From: Euryarchaeota archaeon UBA4
GTDB taxonomy: Archaea; Thermoplasmatota; Poseidoniia; Poseidoniales; Thalassarchaeaceae
Reading direction: 5' to 3'
Assembly: GCA_002497985.1 (NCBI GenBank)
Contig: DAFQ01000009.1
Coordinates: 1-34,798, forward strand
Length of the DNA: 34,798 bases
Shown here: positions 1-9,483 of the stretch, piece after piece
Numbering within the stretch: position 1 is the first letter of the stretch
Layout of the letters: every line of letters begins with the position of its first letter
The notes under the pieces: generated by a model
What the model saw: only the letters and a program-made list of their open reading frames with translations
Databases searched by the model: none
What the model was told of the DNA's origin: nothing
Translations under genes and position numbers: made by a program

Positions 1-1
1 C

Positions 2-685
2 GGGGAACTTGGTGAAATCCTATCCAGGATGTGGGGCATAAATCGCTACAACCTTTGGGGGCAGGTCCTGGGTTTCTTCCCTCGAAACATGTGTATGTGG
101 CCATTGCTCACTGCATTAGTCGTCGGGGGTATGATCTCGGACGATAGGAGCAATGGGACCAGTGCAATTTACTTCTCCAGGCCAGTTACCAGAATTGACT
201 ACACTGCCATGAAGTTCGTTAGCTCGGCCGTTGTTCTTGGTTTCGTGATAGTCTTCTCCTATCTGCTATACTACACCAGTGCAATAGTTTTCAGAGGGGA
301 GGGATGGGCGTTCCTTATCGACACATTCCCAATGTTCCTAGGGGGGCTGTTAGCCGGAATTTTACTTGTCATAACCTACACGTCAATAGGACTGGCCCTG
401 TCTAGCATTAGCCAAAGCAGGTTTTTCGCCGGTGTCGCATTCTTGGCTACAATATATGGTACCAAAATGGTAGCATTCCTAATTGAATCGCAGTTCGACT
501 CTTCCATACTGTACATTTTCAGCCCCTATGATGTGCTTGCACACATCGGCCAATGGCTCATAGGAATCGAATCGAATTACGACCACTCCCTCGCCTTCTC
601 GGCTGTTTCACTTCTACTGATGAATGGAATCTCAATAGCGTTGCTCGCTAGTAGGGTTAGCTCCCTGGAGGTGACAAGGGAATGA
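2..685 (+). CDS. ABC-2 type transporter permease (5' truncated by window edge)
   Basis: Frame is open from position 2. Multi-TM protein with the ABC-2 permease motif ISDDRSNGTSAIYFSRPVTR; overlaps the ATPase start (ATGA). Confidence 0.85.
   Translation, partial: GELGEILSRMWGINRYNLWGQVLGFFPRNMCMWPLLTALVVGGMISDDRSNGTSAIYFSRPVTRIDYTAMKFVSSAVVLGFVIVFSYLLYYTSAIVFRGEGWAFLIDTFPMFLGGLLAGILLVITYTSIGLALSSISQSRFFAGVAFLATIYGTKMVAFLIESQFDSSILYIFSPYDVLAHIGQWLIGIESNYDHSLAFSAVSLLLMNGISIALLASRVSSLEVTRE
667..674 (+). promoter_or_regulatory. Shine-Dalgarno site GGAGGTGA
   Basis: GGAGGTGA lies 7 nt before the ATG at 682. Confidence 0.7.
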
Positions 686-1617
686 GTACGGATACACCGG
701 CTGTGATATTGGAGTCTGTATCGAAGTGGTACGGCGAAGTCATCGGGGTAAACGACGTATCTCTGGCTATCGATGGAGGCGTCACAGGAGTTCTAGGGCC
801 CAACGGCGCAGGGAAATCAACCATGTTCAAGCTCTTACTGGGGCGCCTAAGGCCGAGCCAGGGCGAAGTCAAGCTTTTCGGAACCGACCCCTGGAAGAGC
901 ACAGCCCCATTCAGAAGAGTCGGATATGTCAGTGAAACCGAGCCACTCTACGAGTGGATGACTGGACTGGACTTCGTCTCCACCATGGCCAGACTACATG
1001 GAATGACAAGGGAAGAGGCGACAAATCGTGCCGAACACGTCCTCGACTTCGTCGGCCTCTCCGATGTTCGCCACAAAGAGGTCGGCAAGTACAGCAAGGG
1101 GATGAGGCAGAGGGTGAAAATAGCACACGCACTAGTCCATGACCCTGATCTGATTATCTTGGATGAGCCACTTCATGGGTGCGACCCACTCGCCAGAACC
1201 AGCATAATGAGCGTAATCAGGGAGCTCGGAAACCGAGGAAAAACCGTAATCGTATCTAGCCACATACTGGAGGAGATAGAGAGGATAACTGAGCAGATTG
1301 TTATCCTTCACAATGGGAGGCTGCTGGCTCTGGGCAATCTCCATGCAATCAGAGGGCTCCTCGACAAGCACCCTCACAGGATATTGATTGAGACAGAGTC
1401 GCCAAGGGAGCTAGCAGAGGCTTTCATCTCTCGAGATCCAGTTTATGGTGTGAGATTCCCAAATCCCGGATTCCTAGAGATCCAGACTAGCAACCTATCT
1501 GCCGCCCACTCAATATTGCCACAAGTCATAGTTGATTCAGGAATAAGAGTACGTTCGGTGGAGAATCCCGATGATAATCTGGACTCCTTGCTCGGTTATC
1601 TGGTAGGGGGTGACTAG
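682..1617 (+). CDS. ABC transporter ATP-binding protein (ABC-2/exporter type)
   Basis: Walker A GPNGAGKST, signature YSKGMRQR, Walker B LIILDEP, H-loop SSHIL. Confidence 0.95.
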   Translation: MSTDTPAVILESVSKWYGEVIGVNDVSLAIDGGVTGVLGPNGAGKSTMFKLLLGRLRPSQGEVKLFGTDPWKSTAPFRRVGYVSETEPLYEWMTGLDFVSTMARLHGMTREEATNRAEHVLDFVGLSDVRHKEVGKYSKGMRQRVKIAHALVHDPDLIILDEPLHGCDPLARTSIMSVIRELGNRGKTVIVSSHILEEIERITEQIVILHNGRLLALGNLHAIRGLLDKHPHRILIETESPRELAEAFISRDPVYGVRFPNPGFLEIQTSNLSAAHSILPQVIVDSGIRVRSVENPDDNLDSLLGYLVGGD

Positions 1618-3267
1618 TTGGACTCTCAAGGAAGGGGCCTGAGCGAAAGTGTCTGGACGAGCCTTGATAGAAAGGCAGGGGCGGTGGTTGAACTAACTGT
1701 CCGGCAACTCAGAAACAAGGTCTCCACATGGGCGGTACTCGGCCTCGGGACACTACTAATGGTCCTACTACTCGTTTTCTACATCGATTCAGTAAGGGAC
1801 GGATTCGAGTCAATCGATAATGATGGCGACAGTTTTGATATGGATAACGACGGTTATCCAATGGGACAAGAATGGAAGTACGGAACTAGCGATTGGGACG
1901 GCGACTCATTCCCCGGCTCTGGTAATTTCATCTTCCAAGGACAAATAGATTGGAATGATCCAGATCGAACGGTAAGTGGAAACAAGACATGGGACGGACA
2001 GGCAATCCTGAATGCGTCTTGGATAGACTATGATTACACCGGTGGGACGTGGAGCAACATCATAGATTGGGAAACTTACGAATCGAACGATTGCGACGAA
2101 GGAGCACCATTCGAAGACTGGTGGCTACCCTATGCCTCTTCTTGCTTGCAGGAAGATGGAACATATGCATTCAACGGTAGAGTGAGGGCATCGGGCCAAA
2201 TGTATGTCCCAGAGGGAAGCTACCTATCTTGGGGAATTTTCACTGAGGTCTTCTATGTTGAGCCTGATCCTCCAGAGATGTACATAGACGAGGATGGCAT
2301 TGATTGGGCAGAAGGAGAATCCGGCAGTCAAGGATTTGATGACGACGGGGACTGCTTCAGGATAGGATGGATAACAGGGGACGACTGGTGGGAATACCAG
2401 CACGAACCAGATGCGAATCGCAATGGTATCCCTTGTGATGTCGTCTGGGTCGTAGATCCAGTTACGGGAGAGGTTATTTCCATCGATCCAGATGACTATG
2501 TCGATGAGGATCCAGTGGATGAGGAGTATGCTGGGGAGTCATCACACAGGGCATTCGTGATTGCATCCGGCAAGATAGCATTCGTCTTGCTATTGGGCCT
2601 CTTCCTGCCACTATTCCTGGCCCTTGGTTTGGTCAGGGACGAGACTGAGAGGGGTACCTTGCATTATCTGCTCTCAAAGCCGATACATCGTGGAGAGTTC
2701 ATATTCTACAGGGTTCTTGGCTACATGGCCGTTGTTTCATCTTTCGTCATCGTTCTCGCATTGCTAATGGCACTGATAACCTCTCTGATTGGCCCGGGTG
2801 ATGACCTGATCAGGTTCGGTGACTTCCCTGTTTGGATGGGGATAGCAGCAGCGACGATTCTGGTACTGGCAGCATACGGTTCGCTATTCAACACAATTGG
2901 GCTGATAATGCCGAAGTATGGGGTGTATCTCTGCATCATCATCGGAGTTTGGGAGTTTGCGATGGGGTTCACCAGCCTCTTCGCTCCCGAATCATCCGTC
3001 ACATTCCTGTCCATCTCGCACTGGGGGCTACAGATGGTAGACGCAACAGTTCTAGCTGCATGGCCCGACACCCTGCAGTACTCTCAGATGTCTGAGGCAT
3101 TTGGTATTGATACTGGTTTGCAATGGATCTGGAAACCACCAGTACATACCCTCGGAACAGGGAATCCGTACATTTCTATTGTCACCTCCATAACGTTCCT
3201 TTCCATTATTTCAGGAGTCCTAATTTCCATGGGAAGCGCAATCTTCCGAAGGAAGGAGATAATGTGA
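1618..3267 (+). CDS. ABC-2 type permease with ~250-aa acidic extracellular insert
   Basis: One N-terminal TM, a long D/E/W-rich region, then a permease core with VRDETERGTLHYLLSKPIHR and several TMs. TTG start directly follows the ATPase stop. Confidence 0.85.
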   Translation: MDSQGRGLSESVWTSLDRKAGAVVELTVRQLRNKVSTWAVLGLGTLLMVLLLVFYIDSVRDGFESIDNDGDSFDMDNDGYPMGQEWKYGTSDWDGDSFPGSGNFIFQGQIDWNDPDRTVSGNKTWDGQAILNASWIDYDYTGGTWSNIIDWETYESNDCDEGAPFEDWWLPYASSCLQEDGTYAFNGRVRASGQMYVPEGSYLSWGIFTEVFYVEPDPPEMYIDEDGIDWAEGESGSQGFDDDGDCFRIGWITGDDWWEYQHEPDANRNGIPCDVVWVVDPVTGEVISIDPDDYVDEDPVDEEYAGESSHRAFVIASGKIAFVLLLGLFLPLFLALGLVRDETERGTLHYLLSKPIHRGEFIFYRVLGYMAVVSSFVIVLALLMALITSLIGPGDDLIRFGDFPVWMGIAAATILVLAAYGSLFNTIGLIMPKYGVYLCIIIGVWEFAMGFTSLFAPESSVTFLSISHWGLQMVDATVLAAWPDTLQYSQMSEAFGIDTGLQWIWKPPVHTLGTGNPYISIVTSITFLSIISGVLISMGSAIFRRKEIM

Positions 3268-3276
3268 GGTATTGAG

Positions 3277-4473
3277 ATGGAGTCAATCAATCATAATTTC
3301 AAGGGTGACTTCTCATCTCTGTGGAGGTTGGATGTCATGCCCCCTATCAGGAGACTGTCGTGGTGGTGGTGGTGGGTCCTGATATTGGTACCAGATCCGG
3401 ATAACCCATCTAGGTCCAAGCAATTGATGGTCCTGTGGTCGACCAAGGACACTCCAGCGATTAGGGTCAGTGGTCATTGGTGGAAACCGGGAAAGAAGAT
3501 GCTTGTCGATGAGGAGGGGGGGCATGTATTGCCGGGAATGGTGTGTGCCTGGTGGTATGATGGAAATGAGATGCACGAGCCTCTGGTAATGCGAGAGTGC
3601 AGGATGGCGAGCATCCCTGATACTCATTCGCTGTGGCCAGGCAAGGGAGAGGGCAAGGGAGCAGGAGCAGTAGTCCCAATCACTGCCGAGGACATGTCCC
3701 TGGGGATGACGCCAGGTAACGAGTCATTCTGGATCAATCTGACTAGTGACCAGGAAGCACGCTCCAAGGGAGCTCCCAAGACATTCGAAGCTGAATTGAC
3801 CCCTTGGTGGGGCCCACCCAGTGAACTCACTTATCGTAACAACGTTTACTTCCTTGGCATGGGTTATGACATACTCAGGCTACAGGCCACAAAGTGTAAA
3901 CTGGTGGTTGACGGAAAGGAGATGGAAGGGACAGGGTACTTCCAGAAAGTTACAGTCCAAGCCCCATCATTTCCATGGTTCTGGGGAATGCTACACTTCG
4001 ATGATGGCTCGTATCTGGATTGGTTCATGCCTCACGTTTCCCCCATGTGGACTGCGACGGACGACACTCCCTGGAGGCTTCGTGACGTCTTTAGGAAGCC
4101 AAACATTGGCACCGGAGTCTTCCACGATAGGAAGGGAGGCAAAACTCACAACTTCAACAACTGTGAGGTAAAACTGTCGATGCCAACGGAGGAAGATGCA
4201 CTCAGGGACAATGATGGCAACATCCTCCCTAGATTCAATGTGAGGGTTTGGAACGGAGAGGCGAGCGCGACTATTCAAGTCAGGGCCGTGAGCAGGGCAA
4301 AATGGATTTTCGATCAGCCAACAAGGGCATCATGGGTCAGCCACTTGACTTACAACGAGTATCCCCTAGAGGTCGAATCAATAATTTTCGAGGAAGGGTC
4401 TGAAGTCAGATCAATTGAAGACTACCAGTGGATTCATGGAAATGCTGAACATGCATGGGGAGTATTACACTAG
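3277..4473 (+). CDS. Trp-rich hypothetical protein, possible AttH/CrtC/tocopherol-cyclase-like beta-barrel fold
   Basis: 398-aa ORF in operon context with GAGGT RBS. SWWWWW, GTGYFQKV..PWFWGMLHFDDGSYL and C-terminal GNAEHAWG resemble AttH-like motifs. The CDS is solid; the fold call is tentative. Confidence 0.55.
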   Translation: MESINHNFKGDFSSLWRLDVMPPIRRLSWWWWWVLILVPDPDNPSRSKQLMVLWSTKDTPAIRVSGHWWKPGKKMLVDEEGGHVLPGMVCAWWYDGNEMHEPLVMRECRMASIPDTHSLWPGKGEGKGAGAVVPITAEDMSLGMTPGNESFWINLTSDQEARSKGAPKTFEAELTPWWGPPSELTYRNNVYFLGMGYDILRLQATKCKLVVDGKEMEGTGYFQKVTVQAPSFPWFWGMLHFDDGSYLDWFMPHVSPMWTATDDTPWRLRDVFRKPNIGTGVFHDRKGGKTHNFNNCEVKLSMPTEEDALRDNDGNILPRFNVRVWNGEASATIQVRAVSRAKWIFDQPTRASWVSHLTYNEYPLEVESIIFEEGSEVRSIEDYQWIHGNAEHAWGVLH

Positions 4474-4483
4474 AGGTGAAATT

Positions 4484-5383
4484 ATGAGTGATTTTGTAAA
4501 TAAATACAGACAAAACGTGGATGCCGATGAAGTACGCTCTAGATTCACCGAGATTACCGACTCAGAGATCCCAATATGGACCGGAGGGCCATCTGCCATG
4601 TCCATGCTAGGAAGGTACCTCCTGGCAGCGTTGGTCCTTCTCGTACACCTGGTTTTCTTCTGGGCTGCTAAATTCGAGGACGTGGACGGAGAGGGAAACC
4701 TGAATCTCGTAGTGGGCCTCGCCAAGGTCATTCTGGACATCTCAGGAGTCTTTGGCTTCGTCATAGTGATGATGATTATCGCTAAGATCAATCACTATCT
4801 GAATGTTTCAACTTCTGGTGGTTGGACAACATCATGGTTAGTTCTCAATGGTGCCATTCCATTCATTATTGTGGTACTCGACTGGTCAGGCAAGATACTC
4901 GGAAATTTTCTCGACAACGTACCAGACACCCCAATGTGGCTGGATTGGTATTATCCGCTGCTGGGAATACTCTCTTCTTTGTTCGCCATAGGAATGACTA
5001 CCCACTATCGTAACTCATTCCAATATGCCATCACGGATAGGAGGGTCCACATCAGGAAGAAGTTCCTCTATTTCGACACAAGCTCCGTCGGGATCCCATA
5101 TGACAAGGTAGAGAACTTGAAAGTGGATCCGCCGATTATTGGCAAGATGTTGGGTTTTGGCAGTTTGCACGTCATTACTGATGGGGGGGTGGGGGACGAC
5201 CAAATGCAATCCACCACTCAGGAAGCTCCCGATAGGACGGGGCTGTTCGGATTCCTGACTGGATGGTTTTTCACTCAGAGGTACAGGAGCGATTTCCCCG
5301 ACGACCCAAGCTCGTGCCTTTATGCGATCAACGAGCCTATGGAGGTCTACAGACTAATCAACGAGCTAATGGATGATAGATAG
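4484..5383 (+). CDS. Membrane protein with C-terminal bacterial PH (bPH_2-like) domain
   Basis: ATG 4484 follows GAGGTGA (4473-4479). About four hydrophobic segments, then YAITDRRVHIRK..IPYDKVENLKV...LGFGSLHVIT. Confidence 0.75.
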   Translation: MSDFVNKYRQNVDADEVRSRFTEITDSEIPIWTGGPSAMSMLGRYLLAALVLLVHLVFFWAAKFEDVDGEGNLNLVVGLAKVILDISGVFGFVIVMMIIAKINHYLNVSTSGGWTTSWLVLNGAIPFIIVVLDWSGKILGNFLDNVPDTPMWLDWYYPLLGILSSLFAIGMTTHYRNSFQYAITDRRVHIRKKFLYFDTSSVGIPYDKVENLKVDPPIIGKMLGFGSLHVITDGGVGDDQMQSTTQEAPDRTGLFGFLTGWFFTQRYRSDFPDDPSSCLYAINEPMEVYRLINELMDDR

Positions 5384-5435
5384 GCCCCATCCGCACCGTT
5401 CATAACCCAATTACTTCCGATACGCTCCCAGAGGG

Positions 5436-5990
5436 ATGGCAATGACCGACGAAGAAATGATTACCCAAGCCGCTCAGATGATAACGAAAGGAGACTTCAT
5501 GGGCGCAATGGACATTTTTGATGCGTACTCCAAGGACCACCCATCGGATCCCGCAGGGTTTCATGGCTGGGCCGAAGCCGCACTATTCGAGGTCCAGGAG
5601 AATGGAAACCTGGACGAGAAGGGAAATGACAGAATTAACGAGGGGCAGATAGCAGCTTACTTCAGAAAAGCCTCGTCAATGGATCCAAAGAATCCTGACT
5701 ATCTCGCGTCTTATGCGGGAGCATTGCTAACGTTCGACAGAATTCCCATGGCCGTTCGCGAGTTTAGGAAACTCAAGGCCCTCGGGGACGAACTGGATGA
5801 TGTGGACGTTTCTTTCCACCTATACGAGGCCGCTAAGACACTAATCGAATTGGTCGATATGAAGACAAATTACGACAGAAGCAACCCAAATGCGAGACAA
5901 TTCATCCCAGTCGCTCTAGAGTTCTCAATACTCGGCCTAGGTTTCTCATCGGTGGACGAAGCGATGGAGTATCTCCTTACCGAGGAGTGA
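5436..5990 (+). CDS. Helical-repeat (TPR-like) hypothetical protein
   Basis: TPR-like segments GDFMGAMDIFD..HPSD and AAYFRKASSMDPKNPDYLASYA. Confidence 0.6.
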   Translation: MAMTDEEMITQAAQMITKGDFMGAMDIFDAYSKDHPSDPAGFHGWAEAALFEVQENGNLDEKGNDRINEGQIAAYFRKASSMDPKNPDYLASYAGALLTFDRIPMAVREFRKLKALGDELDDVDVSFHLYEAAKTLIELVDMKTNYDRSNPNARQFIPVALEFSILGLGFSSVDEAMEYLLTEE

Positions 5991-5999
5991 GGGGATAAT

Positions 6000-6881
6000 T
6001 TGGACAGCGACCGATTTCTGGTCGCTATCGGGTATAGAGGGGATACCTTCCACGGCTCCCAAATACAACCCAATGTGAGGACCGTCCAAGGTTCCATATC
6101 GGATGCCCTCAGGAAAATTGGTTGGTGGACAGAAGGTTGCTTGCGTATGTCCAGTAGGACAGATGCAGGGGTAAGTGTTAGGATGAACCTAGCAAGAATC
6201 GACCTCCCTGAAGCAGTTTCGAGGTCAATCGACGACACAAAAATCCTGAGGGCACTAAATGACCATCTCCCGGAAGATGTAGTTGCCTGGGGGGCGAGAA
6301 GGGTGCCCGTTTGGTCCCCGAGTAGGCCCGTTGTTTCCAGAAAATACTACTATCGCTCGGAGATTTCCAGACGTTGGCCGATTGAAATTGATATGGATTC
6401 CCTACAACGCGCATGCTCAGTATTGGAGGGAGGTCATGACTTTGCAAATCTATGCAGGGTAGAGGAGGGAAGGGACACTGAGAGAAAAGTAGAGGTTTGC
6501 GAGCCATGGATTAACTCAGAGGGCAGACCAATCGGGATTATGGTCTGCGCCCAGTCATTCTTGTGGAACCAGGTTAGGAGGATGTCATCAGCTGTTACCG
6601 GGGTCATTTCCGGAGAGATCGGGGTCGACGAATTGGAAGACGCACTCAATAATCCGCATAATCCCGTGGACTTGGGAATGGATCCTCCCGAAGGACTGGT
6701 CCTTTGGGAGATAGAACATGACCTTCTTGATGGAATGGGCCTAAATTCGACTCCCGACACTAGCAATTTTTCAACTCCCCCACAGGGACTCAGGGAGCAT
6801 GATATCTGGACCGGACTATGCAAGCTAGAGATGTCATCGATGATACACACGGAATGGATCAATCAGTACGGCCTATTCTGA
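6000..6881 (+). CDS. truA: tRNA pseudouridine(38-40) synthase
   Basis: GYRGDTFHGSQIQP, catalytic SRTDAGVS, GGHDFANL, SFLWNQVRRM. Confidence 0.92.
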   Translation: MDSDRFLVAIGYRGDTFHGSQIQPNVRTVQGSISDALRKIGWWTEGCLRMSSRTDAGVSVRMNLARIDLPEAVSRSIDDTKILRALNDHLPEDVVAWGARRVPVWSPSRPVVSRKYYYRSEISRRWPIEIDMDSLQRACSVLEGGHDFANLCRVEEGRDTERKVEVCEPWINSEGRPIGIMVCAQSFLWNQVRRMSSAVTGVISGEIGVDELEDALNNPHNPVDLGMDPPEGLVLWEIEHDLLDGMGLNSTPDTSNFSTPPQGLREHDIWTGLCKLEMSSMIHTEWINQYGLF

Positions 6882-7302
6882 TACTCACCGAATCTCCGTC
6901 TTCGCATGGAATGCACTCCCTCAGGAATGACGTGGATATCACTTCAGCGGTTTCTGTGTGGCGAGTCAGGTCCGGGATCAGGACCGCACAATCAGTCCAT
7001 GTTTCACCATTCAATGATATTTCTGCTATGAAGGCAGTAGCGCCTCCAAAGGATCGACCATCCCTTTCGAAACCCAGTATTCTCGTTGCCGCAATCGACG
7101 CATCCTTGTCCCCCTCCTCAAGCCCTGAAATAATCCTGAGTTTTCTATAACTGGAAATGCTGTCAATATCCAAGTCCACATTCAAGGTTCCCGGCCACGC
7201 ACTTGCTCCTAGAACGATCTTGAATTGCTCTTGGTAATGCGGCTGTGCCATGAAAACATGTGCCCTCCCAAGTCCACTCGAAACCAATCCGGACAGAAGC
7301 AT
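6859..7302 (-). CDS. ribK: CTP-dependent riboflavin kinase (archaeal type)
   Basis: GLVSSGLGRA, PGTLNV, GFERDGRSFG, PDLTRH..AEVIS motifs. Confidence 0.9.
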   Translation of the reverse strand: MLLSGLVSSGLGRAHVFMAQPHYQEQFKIVLGASAWPGTLNVDLDIDSISSYRKLRIISGLEEGDKDASIAATRILGFERDGRSFGGATAFIAEISLNGETWTDCAVLIPDLTRHTETAEVISTSFLRECIPCEDGDSVSIRIGRTD

Positions 7303-7339
7303 GACCGACCCTCTGGAGACTTATTGATAAGGTTCCTCA

Positions 7340-8224
7340 TCATCCAAGGTCGTACACTTCGCCAGGTTCGCTGACCCTCCAACCCATTCTTCCAATTGTA
7401 AGAAACTCTTCACTGCCATTATCGTTCAGGGGGTTTGTGTGATTTAGGTGAAAAAATGCAATATCGGGATCCCCCGGCCCTCTATTCCCAAGCAACTCTA
7501 TGGATTCACAAACTGTTGGATGCGGAATTTCTGACATGTCCCTGCCAGATAATTCAGAAGAGTCCCAGAAGGTGCCGTCAATCAGGGCATAATCGACATC
7601 CAGGGAAGTTAGCCATTCCCTGATTGTAGCACCCTCCAATGTAGCCTCCCATGAGTCCTGATCAGGCATGAAAAGGAGCCTTGACTTACTCCCACTGACA
7701 ATAATCGCATGATTGTCTGACAATTCCGCCCTGTGAATCACGGGAACGGGGGTGATGGTGAAACCACAACCGGGGGTCGGCTCGAATGGGGTCATGCTCT
7801 CCCAATGCTTCGGGACTAGTACGCCCTGCTCCACCATTATCCTCCAAGTGGGGTTCTCATTGATGAGGGAAAACATCGACTTGCTACAGTGCAGAATAAT
7901 GCCATGTCCGCCGATGGCTTCTCTCCCCAGGAGTCTCAAGCCATCAGTGTGTCCAAGGTGAGCATGGGTAAGGCTAGCACTACTCAACGGCCACTCGAAA
8001 CCAACAGCCTCCTCCCAAACCTCGAACTGTTCTCCTATATGCCTTCCAACCTCGATGATATGCGACGTCCCATCAGAACCAACTATCCCAAGGGCCACGG
8101 GGGTTCTGGAAACCCCCGCTATCGACCGAGCTCTCAGGCAGCAAGGTAGTTTGCAACCCGGTTGGGGGTAGCCTCCATCCTGTGCCGTTCCTAGAACAAT
8201 TGCCCGGGTGCCACTGCCCGCCAT
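7340..8224 (-). CDS. Metallo-beta-lactamase-fold hydrolase, PqqB/PhnP-like
   Basis: LGTAQDGGYPQPGC..CC, THAHLGH, DGTFW, IPHP, HLNHTNP. Start moved to ATG 8224 to avoid overlap with the divergent gene. Confidence 0.85.
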   Translation of the reverse strand: MAGSGTRAIVLGTAQDGGYPQPGCKLPCCLRARSIAGVSRTPVALGIVGSDGTSHIIEVGRHIGEQFEVWEEAVGFEWPLSSASLTHAHLGHTDGLRLLGREAIGGHGIILHCSKSMFSLINENPTWRIMVEQGVLVPKHWESMTPFEPTPGCGFTITPVPVIHRAELSDNHAIIVSGSKSRLLFMPDQDSWEATLEGATIREWLTSLDVDYALIDGTFWDSSELSGRDMSEIPHPTVCESIELLGNRGPGDPDIAFFHLNHTNPLNDNGSEEFLTIGRMGWRVSEPGEVYDLG

Positions 8225-8299
8225 AATTCCCCGAGTGGCCCCATGGACATGAAACAGTCGCTCCGATGGAGCAATGAACCCCACCTCCACTTGGGAGTC

Positions 8300-9478
8300 A
8301 TGGCAGCCGACTTGTCGTGGATGAGGCAGAGATACGAGGAGCTACGTTCACAGGGCCTTGATTGGAACCCCCCAACGCTCGAGTCCGCCAGTGAGCCGAG
8401 GTGCATTGTCGATGGAAAAGAGATGATAATGCTCTCAGCCAATAACTACCTCAATCTGACCACTCACCCGAAGGTCGTTCAGGCCGCTATAGAGGCTACA
8501 CGAAAGTATGGGGCCGGTTCAGGTTCCGTAAGGGCCATCGCCGGAACTCTAGATATCCACATAGAGGCCGAGAGGGCAGCAGCCAAATTCAAAGGCGTCG
8601 AGTCAGCTCTAATCTACTCAGCGGGGTACACTGCAAATGTCGGCTTAATACCAACATTGGTCAGAGGTAAAGAGGACCTAATTATCTCAGACGAATTGAA
8701 TCATGGATCAATAATTGACGGCGTCCGACTCACCAAGGCCTCACGAGCAGTTTACCAGCACAATGACGTCGGAGCATTGGAGAGCGTACTGCAAGAGAAC
8801 AAGGACGCAGAAAGGAAACTCATCATCACCGACGGAGTATTCAGCATGGATGGGGATATAGCGCCCCTTGACGATATAACAAAAATAGCCGAGGAGTATG
8901 ATGCGATGGTATTCGTAGATGACTGCCACGGAGAAGGGGTCTTGGGAGGGGGAAAGGGGATAGTAGCCCATTTCGGACTTCAAGGAAGGGTGGATTTTGA
9001 AATAGGATCTTACTCCAAGGCAATGGGGGTCCAGGGAGGGATACTAGCCGGTTCCGAGCAAGTAAGAACTCACGCACTTAACCATAGCCGCTCTTGGCTC
9101 CTATCAGGTAGCCAGCCTCCCGGTGTTGCCGCTGCACAGAAAGCAGCCGTGGAAGTTCTCATGGAAGAGCCAGAGCATGTCTCAAGGCTGTGGGAAAACA
9201 CCGATTACTTCAGAGAGCAACTGAATTCAATGGGTTTCGACACAGGTAACTCCGAGACCCCGATAATACCGGTGATGTGCGGAGAGAGCAGAATCGCCCA
9301 GGAACTATCCAACAGCCTGAAGCAACAGGGAGTACTAGTCGGCGCAATCGTCTTCCCAATGGTTTCAAGAGATAAGGCGAGAGTTAGGACACAGATGTCT
9401 TCGGGACTATCGAGAGAAGACCTCGACACCGTTCTCTCGGCCTTCGAATTGAGTGGTCGAAAGTTGGGCTTATTGTAG
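8300..9478 (+). CDS. kbl: PLP-dependent alpha-oxoamine synthase (glycine C-acetyltransferase/8-amino-7-oxononanoate synthase family)
   Basis: SANNYLNL, SDELNHGSIIDG, DGVFSMDG, DDCHG, PLP-Lys GSYSKAMG, ARVRTQMS. The RxQMS motif favours Kbl over BioF. Confidence 0.8.
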   Translation: MAADLSWMRQRYEELRSQGLDWNPPTLESASEPRCIVDGKEMIMLSANNYLNLTTHPKVVQAAIEATRKYGAGSGSVRAIAGTLDIHIEAERAAAKFKGVESALIYSAGYTANVGLIPTLVRGKEDLIISDELNHGSIIDGVRLTKASRAVYQHNDVGALESVLQENKDAERKLIITDGVFSMDGDIAPLDDITKIAEEYDAMVFVDDCHGEGVLGGGKGIVAHFGLQGRVDFEIGSYSKAMGVQGGILAGSEQVRTHALNHSRSWLLSGSQPPGVAAAQKAAVEVLMEEPEHVSRLWENTDYFREQLNSMGFDTGNSETPIIPVMCGESRIAQELSNSLKQQGVLVGAIVFPMVSRDKARVRTQMSSGLSREDLDTVLSAFELSGRKLGLL

Positions 9479-9483
9479 GTGAT

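Noticed and set aside
7340-8224. PQQ biosynthesis locus
   Set aside because: Only a PqqB-like fold is present; no PqqA peptide or pqqCDE in the window.
8225-8299. Head-to-head overlap of the PqqB-like and kbl ORFs
   Set aside because: Family homology begins at the downstream ATGs (8224 and 8300), which removes the overlap.
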